Shown here piece after piece: positions 48,577-57,926 of a DNA stretch of 64,000 nt. The translations under genes and the position numbers were made by a program. Each line of letters begins with the position of its first letter. Positions within the stretch are counted from its first letter, which is position 1. The stretch is from IMG/VR virus record IMGVR_UViG_3300028394_000040; one strand, written 5' to 3'. Under the pieces are notes generated by a model, which made no database searches, was not told the DNA's origin, and worked only from the letters and a program-made list of their open reading frames with translations. Source of the stretch: a virus.

Positions 48577-49911
48577 CTACTGCCCTAATTGAGCTTTAAA
48601 TTCTGGAAAATCTTGTTTGTAACCCTCTTTAGATTCATCATTAGCATCTTCTGTATACTGCCAACCCCAATATAACTTATCGTTTATAGAAAAACCGTAG
48701 AACTCATGTACTTTTTTCTGTAATTCTAACGTAGTCTCCATATTCCAATTATGACCTAACCAAATCATCCCTGATTCTATGTCGGCAACTACGTTATCTT
48801 CACCTAAAGTTGAGTGTCTATTTTCAATCCAATCTAACCTTTCTATTAATTTTTGATAAATTGAGTTAGGTTGACCCCATCTATTAGAGCCTAGGAAAAT
48901 AACTGTATCACTTTCGAATAATTCTTTACTAATTTTCCACAGTTCATCCTCCGGTGAGTTAAGGTTAGCCCAACATCTATGATATCCGCTTGGGTTTTTC
49001 TCTTTATCTTCTAAAGAAGCTTTTTTTAATCCACAGGCATTACCTGTTTTCATAGAGACATTACCTTCACATACTACGATATTCATTTTAGAAACATCAA
49101 AAATAACAGCATTTTCTCCTAAAGCTTCTTTAATAATATGAGCTAGTATTAAAGATTTAGGTACCTCGTTGTTGTTTTTTTCAATGTAACTACCCCTATT
49201 AGATGTAGATAATAACAATACCTTCTTCTTAGTTTTAAGGTACTTAATAGTTTCGGTGAGTTGATCTAAGATAAACTTAGGTTGATCTGAACTGTACGAC
49301 ACCTCTTCCTGTAAATTCGCTTTATTGTCCGGATTAATGTTAGCTAGTCTTTTGAAAATATCAGGAGTATATCCTTTATTGTTGACTACATCGGGCATAC
49401 ATTTTTTAAATGCTTCATAGTTACCCTGTTCTAGAACATCCCGTACATAAGGAGCGGATACCTCTCCATCTTTCTCAGATATTGTAATGCCTTTTACTTT
49501 ATCCCCGTAATTTTTTTGAAGAGCTTCTACGTAGTTTTCATCATCCGATTCATCATCACCTGCTACTACGTATATTGCTTTTGCCAAAGGAAAGTCCTGC
49601 AAGTAGCTAATAATATCTACTATCGGTGATGTATTTGTACTAAGTATTAACTCTATATTAGGGTTTGGTGATGCTTCTAGGAACTTTTTCCAAACATAAT
49701 AACTATCATCACCTGTTATACCCTCTATTTCCTTACTAGATATTACAATAACCAATTTTGTAATGTAACTTCTAGAAGGAGAAGCTAATTCCTTAGCTAC
49801 TCTATAGTGTCCTTTATGGGGTGGTTTAAATTTACCGGGATAAAAGCAAATTCCCGGTTCATTTATTACGTCCTCAGCAATAAGACTACCGAAATTTAAA
49901 ATATTTTCCAT
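48577..49911 (-). CDS. HxGH nucleotidyltransferase-like domain fused to a flavodoxin-like (FMN reductase) domain
   Basis: YPGKFKPPHKGH; VLLLSTSNR...CEGNVS...C...HRCW...ESDTVIFLGSNRWG...LIERL. Confidence 0.7.
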   Translation of the reverse strand: MENILNFGSLIAEDVINEPGICFYPGKFKPPHKGHYRVAKELASPSRSYITKLVIVISSKEIEGITGDDSYYVWKKFLEASPNPNIELILSTNTSPIVDIISYLQDFPLAKAIYVVAGDDESDDENYVEALQKNYGDKVKGITISEKDGEVSAPYVRDVLEQGNYEAFKKCMPDVVNNKGYTPDIFKRLANINPDNKANLQEEVSYSSDQPKFILDQLTETIKYLKTKKKVLLLSTSNRGSYIEKNNNEVPKSLILAHIIKEALGENAVIFDVSKMNIVVCEGNVSMKTGNACGLKKASLEDKEKNPSGYHRCWANLNSPEDELWKISKELFESDTVIFLGSNRWGQPNSIYQKLIERLDWIENRHSTLGEDNVVADIESGMIWLGHNWNMETTLELQKKVHEFYGFSINDKLYWGWQYTEDANDESKEGYKQDFPEFKAQLGQ

Positions 49912-49926
49912 ATACTATAAATATCT

Positions 49927-50718
49927 CTAGGATAATTTAACAGTATTAGGTAATGTCAAAAGCTCGATCTCGTCATCTTTGTTATCTAACCGGAAAATAC
50001 TGTGTGTAAACTTAAACATATCAAGGTATTCTTCATGTGTTTTCTCACCTTGAACGATTTCCCATCCTTTTCCTTGCATTTTTACCCCCTTTTTATCCGG
50101 TCCCCTCTTAGATGACTTAACCCAAAGTATGCCAACCTCTTCAATAACGTCTCCAGTCATCTCAAACCATGCTTGTTTGTAAGCGGCTAGCTGTAAAAAG
50201 TACGATGTATGAAGAGAATTAGACGTTTTTAAGTCAATTAACCATAGTTTTCCATCGATTTTAACGATTAAATCCGTGGTTCCTGCATACTTTATCTCAT
50301 CAGAAAACAGTAAACTCTCACTAGCTATTAGTTCTGGTTTATATGTTTCCCAGAAATCAACTACTTTTATGATCATTTTCCATACATCTGTCTTATAATT
50401 TACGTGGCCATTTCGTTCAATCCACCGTAATTCGATGCCTTTTAAGTAGTCTTCTAATGCATTATGAACCTGTGTGCCTTCATCGCCAGCTCGTCTCATA
50501 ATAATATCAGCATTATGACCTACATCTTTTAACCAGCTTTCAAAGAATTTGTTCTTAGGAAAGTACCCTAAAATTGTAGTTACAGAAGGGTAGAATACCC
50601 CCGGAGTACGTTGGTAATACCTTGAATCATGTAGGGTAATTTGTTTAAATTCTTCGTCTACCTCTACAACCTTGTTAAGTTTACCGTCTTTGTAAATGTT
50701 TGTATTAGATTCTATCAT
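49927..50718 (-). CDS. PD-(D/E)XK exonuclease
   Basis: YPSVTTIL, GTQVH, YAGTTDL, LIDLKTS, QLAAY. Confidence 0.85.
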   Translation of the reverse strand: MIESNTNIYKDGKLNKVVEVDEEFKQITLHDSRYYQRTPGVFYPSVTTILGYFPKNKFFESWLKDVGHNADIIMRRAGDEGTQVHNALEDYLKGIELRWIERNGHVNYKTDVWKMIIKVVDFWETYKPELIASESLLFSDEIKYAGTTDLIVKIDGKLWLIDLKTSNSLHTSYFLQLAAYKQAWFEMTGDVIEEVGILWVKSSKRGPDKKGVKMQGKGWEIVQGEKTHEEYLDMFKFTHSIFRLDNKDDEIELLTLPNTVKLS

Positions 50719-51646
50719 TATATGTTAATTTTTTCATGAGTAATTTTGAAATAGATAAGGGTTCTGCTTGATGTAGAAGGCGTGTAAATCCTTCAAACCC
50801 TAAATCAGAGGGGTCTTTTCCTTCTAATTCCACTAAATAAACCTCTTTTCCTAAGTTTAAAAGAGTTTCACTATGTTTTAATGCATCTTTAATAGCGTCA
50901 GTATCTAAAGCTATATAAACAGTAGATACATCCGTCTGCACTAATTTCATCATTAATGCTTTTGATATAGTTTTACCAAATAAAGGTACAGCATTTCTTT
51001 TGACAGCAATAGCGTCAAAAGCTCCTTCACATAATATTACAGGAACTTTCCAGTTAATAAGGTATTCAAAGCCTACTAGTTCGTTTTTATTACATCTTGG
51101 AGCATCGTATTTTCTGAACGCATCTTCGGCAAATGATCTTGAGATAAAATAGTTTAGCTTTCCGTAGCTATCATAAGAGGGTATTATAATTGAATTAGCA
51201 TATCTTCCTCTTTCACAATAACCTATATTATACTTGTAGATTTCATCATCCGTAATACCTCTTTGACTTGCATAATGTTTTGCATGCTTACCGATAATAG
51301 ATGAAATATAACCTTGTAAAGTCTTAAACTCATCCGGTAGCTTAACATCGAGGACTACGTCGTTGCTTTGAGTCTCTCCCTTTGTCTTAAACTTTGAATA
51401 TAACGACAGCTCTTTTAGCTTATCATTAGAGACATTCAGTTTTTTAAAGAGTGAATAAAGGGATTTTCCTTTAGTAGGAGGTGAACAAGTCCAGCAGTTA
51501 TAATCCTCACTGGCTAAATTTATCTCTAGCTTAGGTTTTCTATGATTACATATAGGACATGAAAATGCAAAGTTATCCCCAGAAGTTCTACGCCCTTTAC
51601 CTAATACGGTTTCGGCAACTCCTAAAAGAAGATTTACATTATCCAT
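50705..51646 (-). CDS. DNA primase (Zn-binding plus TOPRIM)
   Basis: CPICNH...CWTC, IIIPSYD, LCEGAFDA, IALDTD. Confidence 0.88.
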   Translation of the reverse strand: MDNVNLLLGVAETVLGKGRRTSGDNFAFSCPICNHRKPKLEINLASEDYNCWTCSPPTKGKSLYSLFKKLNVSNDKLKELSLYSKFKTKGETQSNDVVLDVKLPDEFKTLQGYISSIIGKHAKHYASQRGITDDEIYKYNIGYCERGRYANSIIIPSYDSYGKLNYFISRSFAEDAFRKYDAPRCNKNELVGFEYLINWKVPVILCEGAFDAIAVKRNAVPLFGKTISKALMMKLVQTDVSTVYIALDTDAIKDALKHSETLLNLGKEVYLVELEGKDPSDLGFEGFTRLLHQAEPLSISKLLMKKLTYNDRI

Positions 51647-51650
51647 AGTT

Positions 51651-51682
51651 TAAAGATACGAAAAATATCTCTAATCTACAAA
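51651..51682 (-). promoter_or_regulatory. Bacteroidota primary-sigma-type promoter upstream of primase
   Basis: Minus strand TTTG-N20-TATCTTTA versus consensus TTTG-N19-21-TAnnTTTG; 4 nt before the ATG. Confidence 0.6.
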
Positions 51683-52108
51683 ATCTCGTCTATAAAATTT
51701 AGCTAAAATATTGTCGTTATAACTATCCGTTTCTAATACATTATAAATGCATTGGTAGTATAACTCGTAGTATGTATGTTGTTTTTTTGTAATACAAAGT
51801 TTAAGTATTTCTCTTTCAAAATTCTCTTCACCATACTCTTTAACATCAGCTAAGAGGTCTTTATTAGACCCCCAATAAGATTGCCAATTAGATTCTTTAG
51901 TGATTCTTGTATGAGTAGGCTTTCTTCCTTTACCAGAATGTTCAGCTAACTCTTTTTGAGTTATTTTCTTCTTTAGAGAGTTTTGGAATATCTTCTTTCC
52001 TATATAAAACTTACCATTAGCCTTATTTACTATTCTATAAATAAAACCATAAAAAACTGTAGGATCAATTTCGTTAAAACCTTCTGGATAACTCCATTTA
52101 GAAATCAT
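51671..52108 (-). CDS. GIY-YIG endonuclease (T4 endonuclease II/Seg-like)
   Basis: GFIYRIVN...YIGKK, YWGS, FEREIL, YN. Confidence 0.8.
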   Translation of the reverse strand: MISKWSYPEGFNEIDPTVFYGFIYRIVNKANGKFYIGKKIFQNSLKKKITQKELAEHSGKGRKPTHTRITKESNWQSYWGSNKDLLADVKEYGEENFEREILKLCITKKQHTYYELYYQCIYNVLETDSYNDNILAKFYRRDFVD

Positions 52109-52400
52109 ATTTTATTATAAATGTTACATCAGTATTAGCAGGCATTGGGAATGCCCTAGCTAACTTACCGACAATTAATAACTCGTTAGCTTCGTTATAC
52201 AGGCCTACTGTTGTTACATAAGGTGCAAAATCCGAACCTGAAACATTGTTGGCAATAGATCCACTACTATCAGACATAGCAGTAGGGTTTAATGTCATAT
52301 TAAACTCATTCTCATTAACTTGACATCTTATCTGTTGTTGATAAACAGTAAGTGTTGAATTAAATTTTACTTTGTACGGGGTATATAAATACGTCGGCAT
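52098..52400 (-). CDS. Structural-protein C-terminal-type domain as a standalone gene
   Basis: CQVNENEFN.T.NP...PYVTTVGLYNEANELLIVGKL; own promoter motif at 52404-52411. Confidence 0.6.
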   Translation of the reverse strand: MPTYLYTPYKVKFNSTLTVYQQQIRCQVNENEFNMTLNPTAMSDSSGSIANNVSGSDFAPYVTTVGLYNEANELLIVGKLARAFPMPANTDVTFIIKYDF

Positions 52401-52425
52401 ACATATAAATAGTTAACATGCTTTT

Positions 52426-54102
52426 TTAATTTTCTCTACGTTCTTCTGCTGGGTAGAATTCAAACCTATCGTGGTTAATAGGAGATAAAAGAAGTACTGC
52501 GGCTTTAATGTAGCCTTCTCTCTGTTTCTGAAATACGTAGCTCATCCATGTTTGTTCGAAAGGATGTTCCCATTTAGTTTCTAAAAATACTTTCCTATTT
52601 CCTTCTCTACTAAACCAAACAGGCCAATTACAGTAATGAACTTCACCTTCTGCGTACGCAAGATTACCTGCTGCATCTATCTTAGAAAAAGCAGTTTTAG
52701 GAGGATTAGGATCTAAGCCAGATTGAGGTAGATTTTTCTTTTCAGGAAATTCTTTCTCCCTTAGCCATTGAGGTATATTATACCATGCCCATTGAACTGA
52801 GTTTTCACCAAAGAACTCGGAGAAGGATAGCTTTACGTAGTCGTAATTGTTAATATACATTACCGACAGAGATTTCGAATAAAGACTAGGAGTATACCTA
52901 GCATGTCCCATTTTACAAGTTGCATCTGTATTAGGATGTAGGAACATATCATCCTCGAAAAATATATAATAATCAGCATCACTTTCATTAAAGTGTTCGG
53001 CTACCCACTGTCTTCCCCCACATATACCTATATTATCTTTTTTTACATGCTCAAAATCATACTTTTTACATAGAATATCATACTCTTCATCCGTTTCTCT
53101 CTTTGTCGAGTTATTTAATAATACCTTTCTAGTTCTTTCTAGAAAATTAGGTTCTACTAAGGTAAACGACTGTAGTAGTTTTGAAAACTGATTAGGTGAG
53201 TTATACGTAATTACATATAGAATCGTCTGCAAATCTATAAAGGGTTTTTTCTTAAGTTCTAACGTAGTCCTTACTTCTTTTAAATATTCAAAAAATGGCC
53301 AAACAAGACCATTTCCTTCTATTTCGAATCGTTCAATTAAGTCTGGATATTGATGACAAAGGATAGTAAAGATACATTCATCTGCTCCCATATACCCTTC
53401 GTTTAAGGTAGAGCTTAATACATTATAGTATAGCCCGTTCATAGTATGAACCATCTCCTTACTCCCTCCAAAGAACCCTCCTCTAGCTACATACTCTACG
53501 AAGTCAGTACGGCAATATTCTGCCATCTTCTTTCTTTCAAAGCCATGAATTTCCTCGTTAGAAGTATACGGGTAAGTAATATGAACATACTTACCTATAC
53601 ATTGACTATAATGATCTAAGTTATCGAATACGTTATCGTGCGTAAAATAACCTTTGCCCACAGTATTCGTTAATCCTCCGTCTATCCAATAAAAATACTC
53701 TGATTTAAAAGGGTTACCTATAGCGCTATCATTTACCATAAACATCTTACACATCATCATAGGGTTATAAAACTCTAATGCTGCTTGTGGAGATTCCGGT
53801 AGCCATCCTGCAAAGTTAGCCCATTCAGGATTTGTTCTTACTTCTTGAACCTTATCGAAAAAAGGAAACCAGGTTTTGAAATCTTCTAACTCTTTAAAAT
53901 AATAAGCTGTAGGTTTATCACCTCTAATAGCTTTTACCTGCTCTTCTAATTCTCTAGGTATCCAAATGCACATTTGTGCATCTGCTTCAAGCATTTCAAA
54001 AAATCTATCTTTATATGCTTGGAAATCTCTTTGAGCCCAACCCTGTAAATCCCCTCTTTTTAAATCCCAAAGGCCTGTTACGATGGTTACTTTTCTATTC
54101 AT
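52426..54102 (-). CDS. Two-domain glycosyltransferase (HtrL/YibB/WlaTC-like plus GT-A)
   Basis: VTIVTGLWD...NPFKSEYFYWIDGG...GGFFGG; second domain NIGICGGR...YYIFFEDD. Confidence 0.75.
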   Translation of the reverse strand: MNRKVTIVTGLWDLKRGDLQGWAQRDFQAYKDRFFEMLEADAQMCIWIPRELEEQVKAIRGDKPTAYYFKELEDFKTWFPFFDKVQEVRTNPEWANFAGWLPESPQAALEFYNPMMMCKMFMVNDSAIGNPFKSEYFYWIDGGLTNTVGKGYFTHDNVFDNLDHYSQCIGKYVHITYPYTSNEEIHGFERKKMAEYCRTDFVEYVARGGFFGGSKEMVHTMNGLYYNVLSSTLNEGYMGADECIFTILCHQYPDLIERFEIEGNGLVWPFFEYLKEVRTTLELKKKPFIDLQTILYVITYNSPNQFSKLLQSFTLVEPNFLERTRKVLLNNSTKRETDEEYDILCKKYDFEHVKKDNIGICGGRQWVAEHFNESDADYYIFFEDDMFLHPNTDATCKMGHARYTPSLYSKSLSVMYINNYDYVKLSFSEFFGENSVQWAWYNIPQWLREKEFPEKKNLPQSGLDPNPPKTAFSKIDAAGNLAYAEGEVHYCNWPVWFSREGNRKVFLETKWEHPFEQTWMSYVFQKQREGYIKAAVLLLSPINHDRFEFYPAEERREN

Positions 54103-55442
54103 TACTTTTTAACTATTACGGATGTAATACTCCAATTTCCATTTAATCTAAAGATATCTAAAGAAGATATATTCTCCTCTAAGTAACGTGAATCTTCTTC
54201 AGAGATAAATTCTGACTTTATTTTACCGGTTTCAATGTATTCTTCTAACATTCCTAATGTAGTAGTCTGTTCTCTGTTACCCCAAATACAGTTAAAATTA
54301 TTAGGATCACGTACACTTTCGCTTGTATGTAAATCTTCAAGAATATAAAGCCCTCCAGGTTTAACGCATTTAAAAAAAGCAGCTAAAGTAATTTGCTGGT
54401 CTTTCATCATATGAGAACCGTCATCCATAAAAATATCTAGATCTGAATAGTCTCTAGCTTTTTCTACTACTTCAATTTCAATACTAGTATTTACTTGAGC
54501 TAGTTCTATTCTTGTCTTATCTGGTATTTTAGCAAAATCAGGGGTTAAATCTAAACCGTAGATAGTAGCATTAGGGAAGAACCTCTTCCATACTTCAATA
54601 GAAGCTCCTTCATGAACACCTAATTCCATAAATTTAGTTACGGATAAACGAATAGGTTCAAATAAGTTTTGATATACTTTCTTAAAATAGTCATGACCGT
54701 AATGTTTATCTGTATGGTAAAAATCACCTAAACTAACTAAACTAGAATGATCTAGATTTATTTCTATATTAAATACTTGGTTATAAATTAAATCTAATGT
54801 ACGGCCAGGAATCTGGCCATAAGCGTATGCATGAAAAATAAAGTTTTCACTATCGTATCTATCCCAATTAAATGAACGGTTTGAAATTACTTTCATTTGT
54901 TCTCTATATTCAGGATAGGAATCGTACATAATTGTTAAAATAGATTGATCTATCCATAATCTATCCTTAAAATAACCAACTTGTACTAAATCAGTTTCCG
55001 ACATAGTTATTCTAGTAGTAGAAGCCCCTGTCAGGGTACCCCCTAAATCCCACCATGCCTGTAAAAACGTCTTAGACCATTCGTTATTCTTTATTAAGAA
55101 TACTCCTGCGTTCATCTCACTATGTTCGCTTACGTCCTCTGCAGCAACAAAACTATATGAATCATCTATAAACTGTTCTATTCTACCGTTAAAGTCAGAT
55201 ATAATAGCATCAGTATCTAAGAATAGTACGTAGTCCGGATTTTCTTTTTCAAAAACGTCTAATATTAATTTAGGCTTATACCAAGTAGGTGCTCTGCCTT
55301 CTAATCTTTCCCAAATCTTATCGTTATGTTTATCTACGTAATAGGTATATCCCTGTTCTTCACAGTATTTTCTATTTATAGCCTCTGCGTAAGGCCCGTG
55401 TATAAGATTTTGTGTATAAAACTGTGCTACTACTATTTTCAT
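54102..55442 (-). CDS. GT34-like glycosyltransferase fused to class I SAM (sugar O-)methyltransferase
   Basis: WYKP...LFLDTDA...NAGVFLIKN...DQ; TDK..H.Y, ELGV..GAS, DDGSH, KPGGLYILEDL. Confidence 0.75.
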   Translation of the reverse strand: MKIVVAQFYTQNLIHGPYAEAINRKYCEEQGYTYYVDKHNDKIWERLEGRAPTWYKPKLILDVFEKENPDYVLFLDTDAIISDFNGRIEQFIDDSYSFVAAEDVSEHSEMNAGVFLIKNNEWSKTFLQAWWDLGGTLTGASTTRITMSETDLVQVGYFKDRLWIDQSILTIMYDSYPEYREQMKVISNRSFNWDRYDSENFIFHAYAYGQIPGRTLDLIYNQVFNIEINLDHSSLVSLGDFYHTDKHYGHDYFKKVYQNLFEPIRLSVTKFMELGVHEGASIEVWKRFFPNATIYGLDLTPDFAKIPDKTRIELAQVNTSIEIEVVEKARDYSDLDIFMDDGSHMMKDQQITLAAFFKCVKPGGLYILEDLHTSESVRDPNNFNCIWGNREQTTTLGMLEEYIETGKIKSEFISEEDSRYLEENISSLDIFRLNGNWSITSVIVKK

Positions 55443-56617
55443 TTTTCAAATAAAATAAATGTACCTACTTCTTTTTCAACGTACTCTATAGTTACTTTAT
55501 CGGTTACTTCTACATTTGGATAAATACTATAAAGTATATTCTTGGATACTAAATAGGAAACTAATTTATCAACCCATATTTGTTGATCTAAAGAGAAGAA
55601 TGCTATAAAAAATCCATACTCTGCTAAACTTTCTATATAATGTTCCATATACATTGTATATCTGTCGTCACCAGCATCTGTAGATAAATTATAAGTAAAG
55701 ATCAATTCTAAAGATTTTTCCCCAAAAGGCAAAATAGGGATTCCTGAGTTGATTGTCTGGTAGCTTGAACGAGTATAAGCCCCGAAATACTCCCAGTTAT
55801 ACTTATCTTTATCTAACGAATACCATAGTGGGGTGTTTTCCTTTGAATCGCAATTTACTGTATTTGTTTTATTTGGCTTGGTAGGTGGTACAGGGTAATT
55901 TAAAACTAATTTTCTTCTTTGCGGTATATCATTATAGTACGAACTAATTATAGAGTCAGCATGATACATTCTCTTACCTGTTGCATAATGCATTGTAAAC
56001 AGCTTTTCCCCTACGGCATACGTAGGACACATCATAGGTGTAGTAAACAGTTCACAACTACCTTTGAATAGCGGAGAATTAAAGATAGCCATGTCTTCTA
56101 GAGAGTATTCAGTATTGTTATACTCTAATAACTCTAAACACGCTTTCTTGCTAAATAGTATTCCTCCTCCTCCTCCAGCTCCACTCCACACTACATCTCT
56201 ACCTTCTACTTCTTTTAAGTATTCATCTACAACATATGCATTTACATACGTACCATCATCTACTCTCAGGATGTAGTCAAATTCTCTATTCAGTAATGAC
56301 CAAGAAATGGCTTCTTGTAAACGCACCAACATTAAAGATGGTTTATTCTCCTGTTGTAAGGAAAAGTAATCGTAAGATTCAGATGATGTTAAATGTAATA
56401 TTTTATTTAATTCGTCAAAAGATACCTCGTTATTACTACCGTCAAAGAATATTACTTCGTGACCTGCATCTTCAAATCTAGGTACCCAAGTATCCATACA
56501 AGGCAATTTCCTAGTTAAATCTGCTCTATCTGAATATACACTAGGAGTACCTGTGTACATAGACTCGCTTCTATACTCTTTACTTGTGTATGCTAAAGCT
56601 AGTATCTTCTTTTTCAT
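55439..56617 (-). CDS. GT31/Fringe-like glycosyltransferase
   Basis: DTW, FDYILRVDDGTYVN, GAGGGGILFS, EDMAI. Confidence 0.65.
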   Translation of the reverse strand: MKKKILALAYTSKEYRSESMYTGTPSVYSDRADLTRKLPCMDTWVPRFEDAGHEVIFFDGSNNEVSFDELNKILHLTSSESYDYFSLQQENKPSLMLVRLQEAISWSLLNREFDYILRVDDGTYVNAYVVDEYLKEVEGRDVVWSGAGGGGGILFSKKACLELLEYNNTEYSLEDMAIFNSPLFKGSCELFTTPMMCPTYAVGEKLFTMHYATGKRMYHADSIISSYYNDIPQRRKLVLNYPVPPTKPNKTNTVNCDSKENTPLWYSLDKDKYNWEYFGAYTRSSYQTINSGIPILPFGEKSLELIFTYNLSTDAGDDRYTMYMEHYIESLAEYGFFIAFFSLDQQIWVDKLVSYLVSKNILYSIYPNVEVTDKVTIEYVEKEVGTFILFEK

Positions 56618-57870
56618 TATAAATTTCCTTCTAATCTATCACACCAACCATTTGCAGTAGAAAACGGCCAAACAACCCATTTGAAAGGTTTATCCCCCTT
56701 TATATTAAATGTTCTCCAAACCTTATAGTAACCGTCTGGGTCATTAGCTATTCTATTTAACTCATCTATATTAGCATCTTGCCTATGTATAGTCTCTCCT
56801 TTTTCGTTTTCGAAAGCTACTACCCAAAATTCATAATCAGTAAGAGGTACCTGAGCAGGATATATGTCTATGCAATGTTTAAATACAGATAAAAATGACT
56901 CTTCGTATTCTAAAGGTCCTGTGATGATAGGATTAGGAGCTATTCTGTTATCTAAAGTATATTGCTGTACTGCTCTTCTTTTAAAATTGATACCAGAGAA
57001 TGCTTCGTATTGAGCTAAAGAACGTACTTTTCCGAAATCGTATTTCGAATAATCAAAACCTTCTCTTCTCTCTCCATCCATTCCAAATAATGCTCTATTC
57101 TTTTTATGGCATTGAATATTTTTAGCTACCCATTCTTTATCATCATCCCACTGTTTTGTTCTACCTCTCCTAGTATATTCATGCCATGCAATTACTTTAT
57201 GAGGATGAAATAAATCATATCCCCAAGTATATGAACGAACTGCTAGAGAAATTTCTTCTCCATGGAAGTAATAATCAGGATCATAAGGTACTTCTTTAAT
57301 CCACTTACCTATAGTAAAAATAAAGTGAGCAGATAGAAATCTAGAGGGTATTGGTATTTTTAACTTTTTCCAATTGGGAATCGTAGCCGGTAAAAAGAAT
57401 ATAGCTCCTTCTGGGATAAACCTGTCATAAGTCATCCACCAAGGTTCTAAAATTCTCTCTTCAGGATCGTTATCTGGATTGAATGAAGATATGTACGATG
57501 TTAATAATGGTTTTTTAAAACCGGCTTTCTGAAGCTGCTTAATTAAACTTATACACTCTGTATCCCAGCTTTGAATAAATCTATGGTGGGAGTCTAACTG
57601 CAATGTATACTCCTCATCTTTATAGTTTTGCTGTATAACGTGTCTTGCCCAACATGCACCTTTTGATTCTTCGAAAGGAATATCTACTACTCTAAATCTT
57701 GGATCATCAGCAAATTCCTCTAAACTATCCCATAGGTCTAATTTACTGTGTTGCCATGCTATAGAAAATATTAAGTTTTCCGGGCTGTCGGCTTTCTCTA
57801 TACAGTCGCGTAAAGTAGATAATAATTGCGGATCTCTATAAGATGCAATAGAAATAAAAATTTTAGACAT
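56617..57870 (-). CDS. GT60-like polypeptide HexNAc transferase (Gnt1/OGNT family)
   Basis: IFISIASYRD, GACWAR, LQLDSHHRF...WD, VPYDP..F.GEEI...R.YT.GYD..HP...H.Y. Confidence 0.8.
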   Translation of the reverse strand: MSKIFISIASYRDPQLLSTLRDCIEKADSPENLIFSIAWQHSKLDLWDSLEEFADDPRFRVVDIPFEESKGACWARHVIQQNYKDEEYTLQLDSHHRFIQSWDTECISLIKQLQKAGFKKPLLTSYISSFNPDNDPEERILEPWWMTYDRFIPEGAIFFLPATIPNWKKLKIPIPSRFLSAHFIFTIGKWIKEVPYDPDYYFHGEEISLAVRSYTWGYDLFHPHKVIAWHEYTRRGRTKQWDDDKEWVAKNIQCHKKNRALFGMDGERREGFDYSKYDFGKVRSLAQYEAFSGINFKRRAVQQYTLDNRIAPNPIITGPLEYEESFLSVFKHCIDIYPAQVPLTDYEFWVVAFENEKGETIHRQDANIDELNRIANDPDGYYKVWRTFNIKGDKPFKWVVWPFSTANGWCDRLEGNL

Positions 57871-57926
57871 AACAAATTAACTTTTCCTTAATTTAATAAA
57901 TAACTCCTATATTTTCTACTTTAGTA

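Noticed and set aside
51671-52108. Intron or mobile homing endonuclease
   Set aside because: Short standalone catalytic domain overlapping its upstream neighbour; no interrupted host gene or intron structure evident; terminase and primase lack intein-sized insertions.
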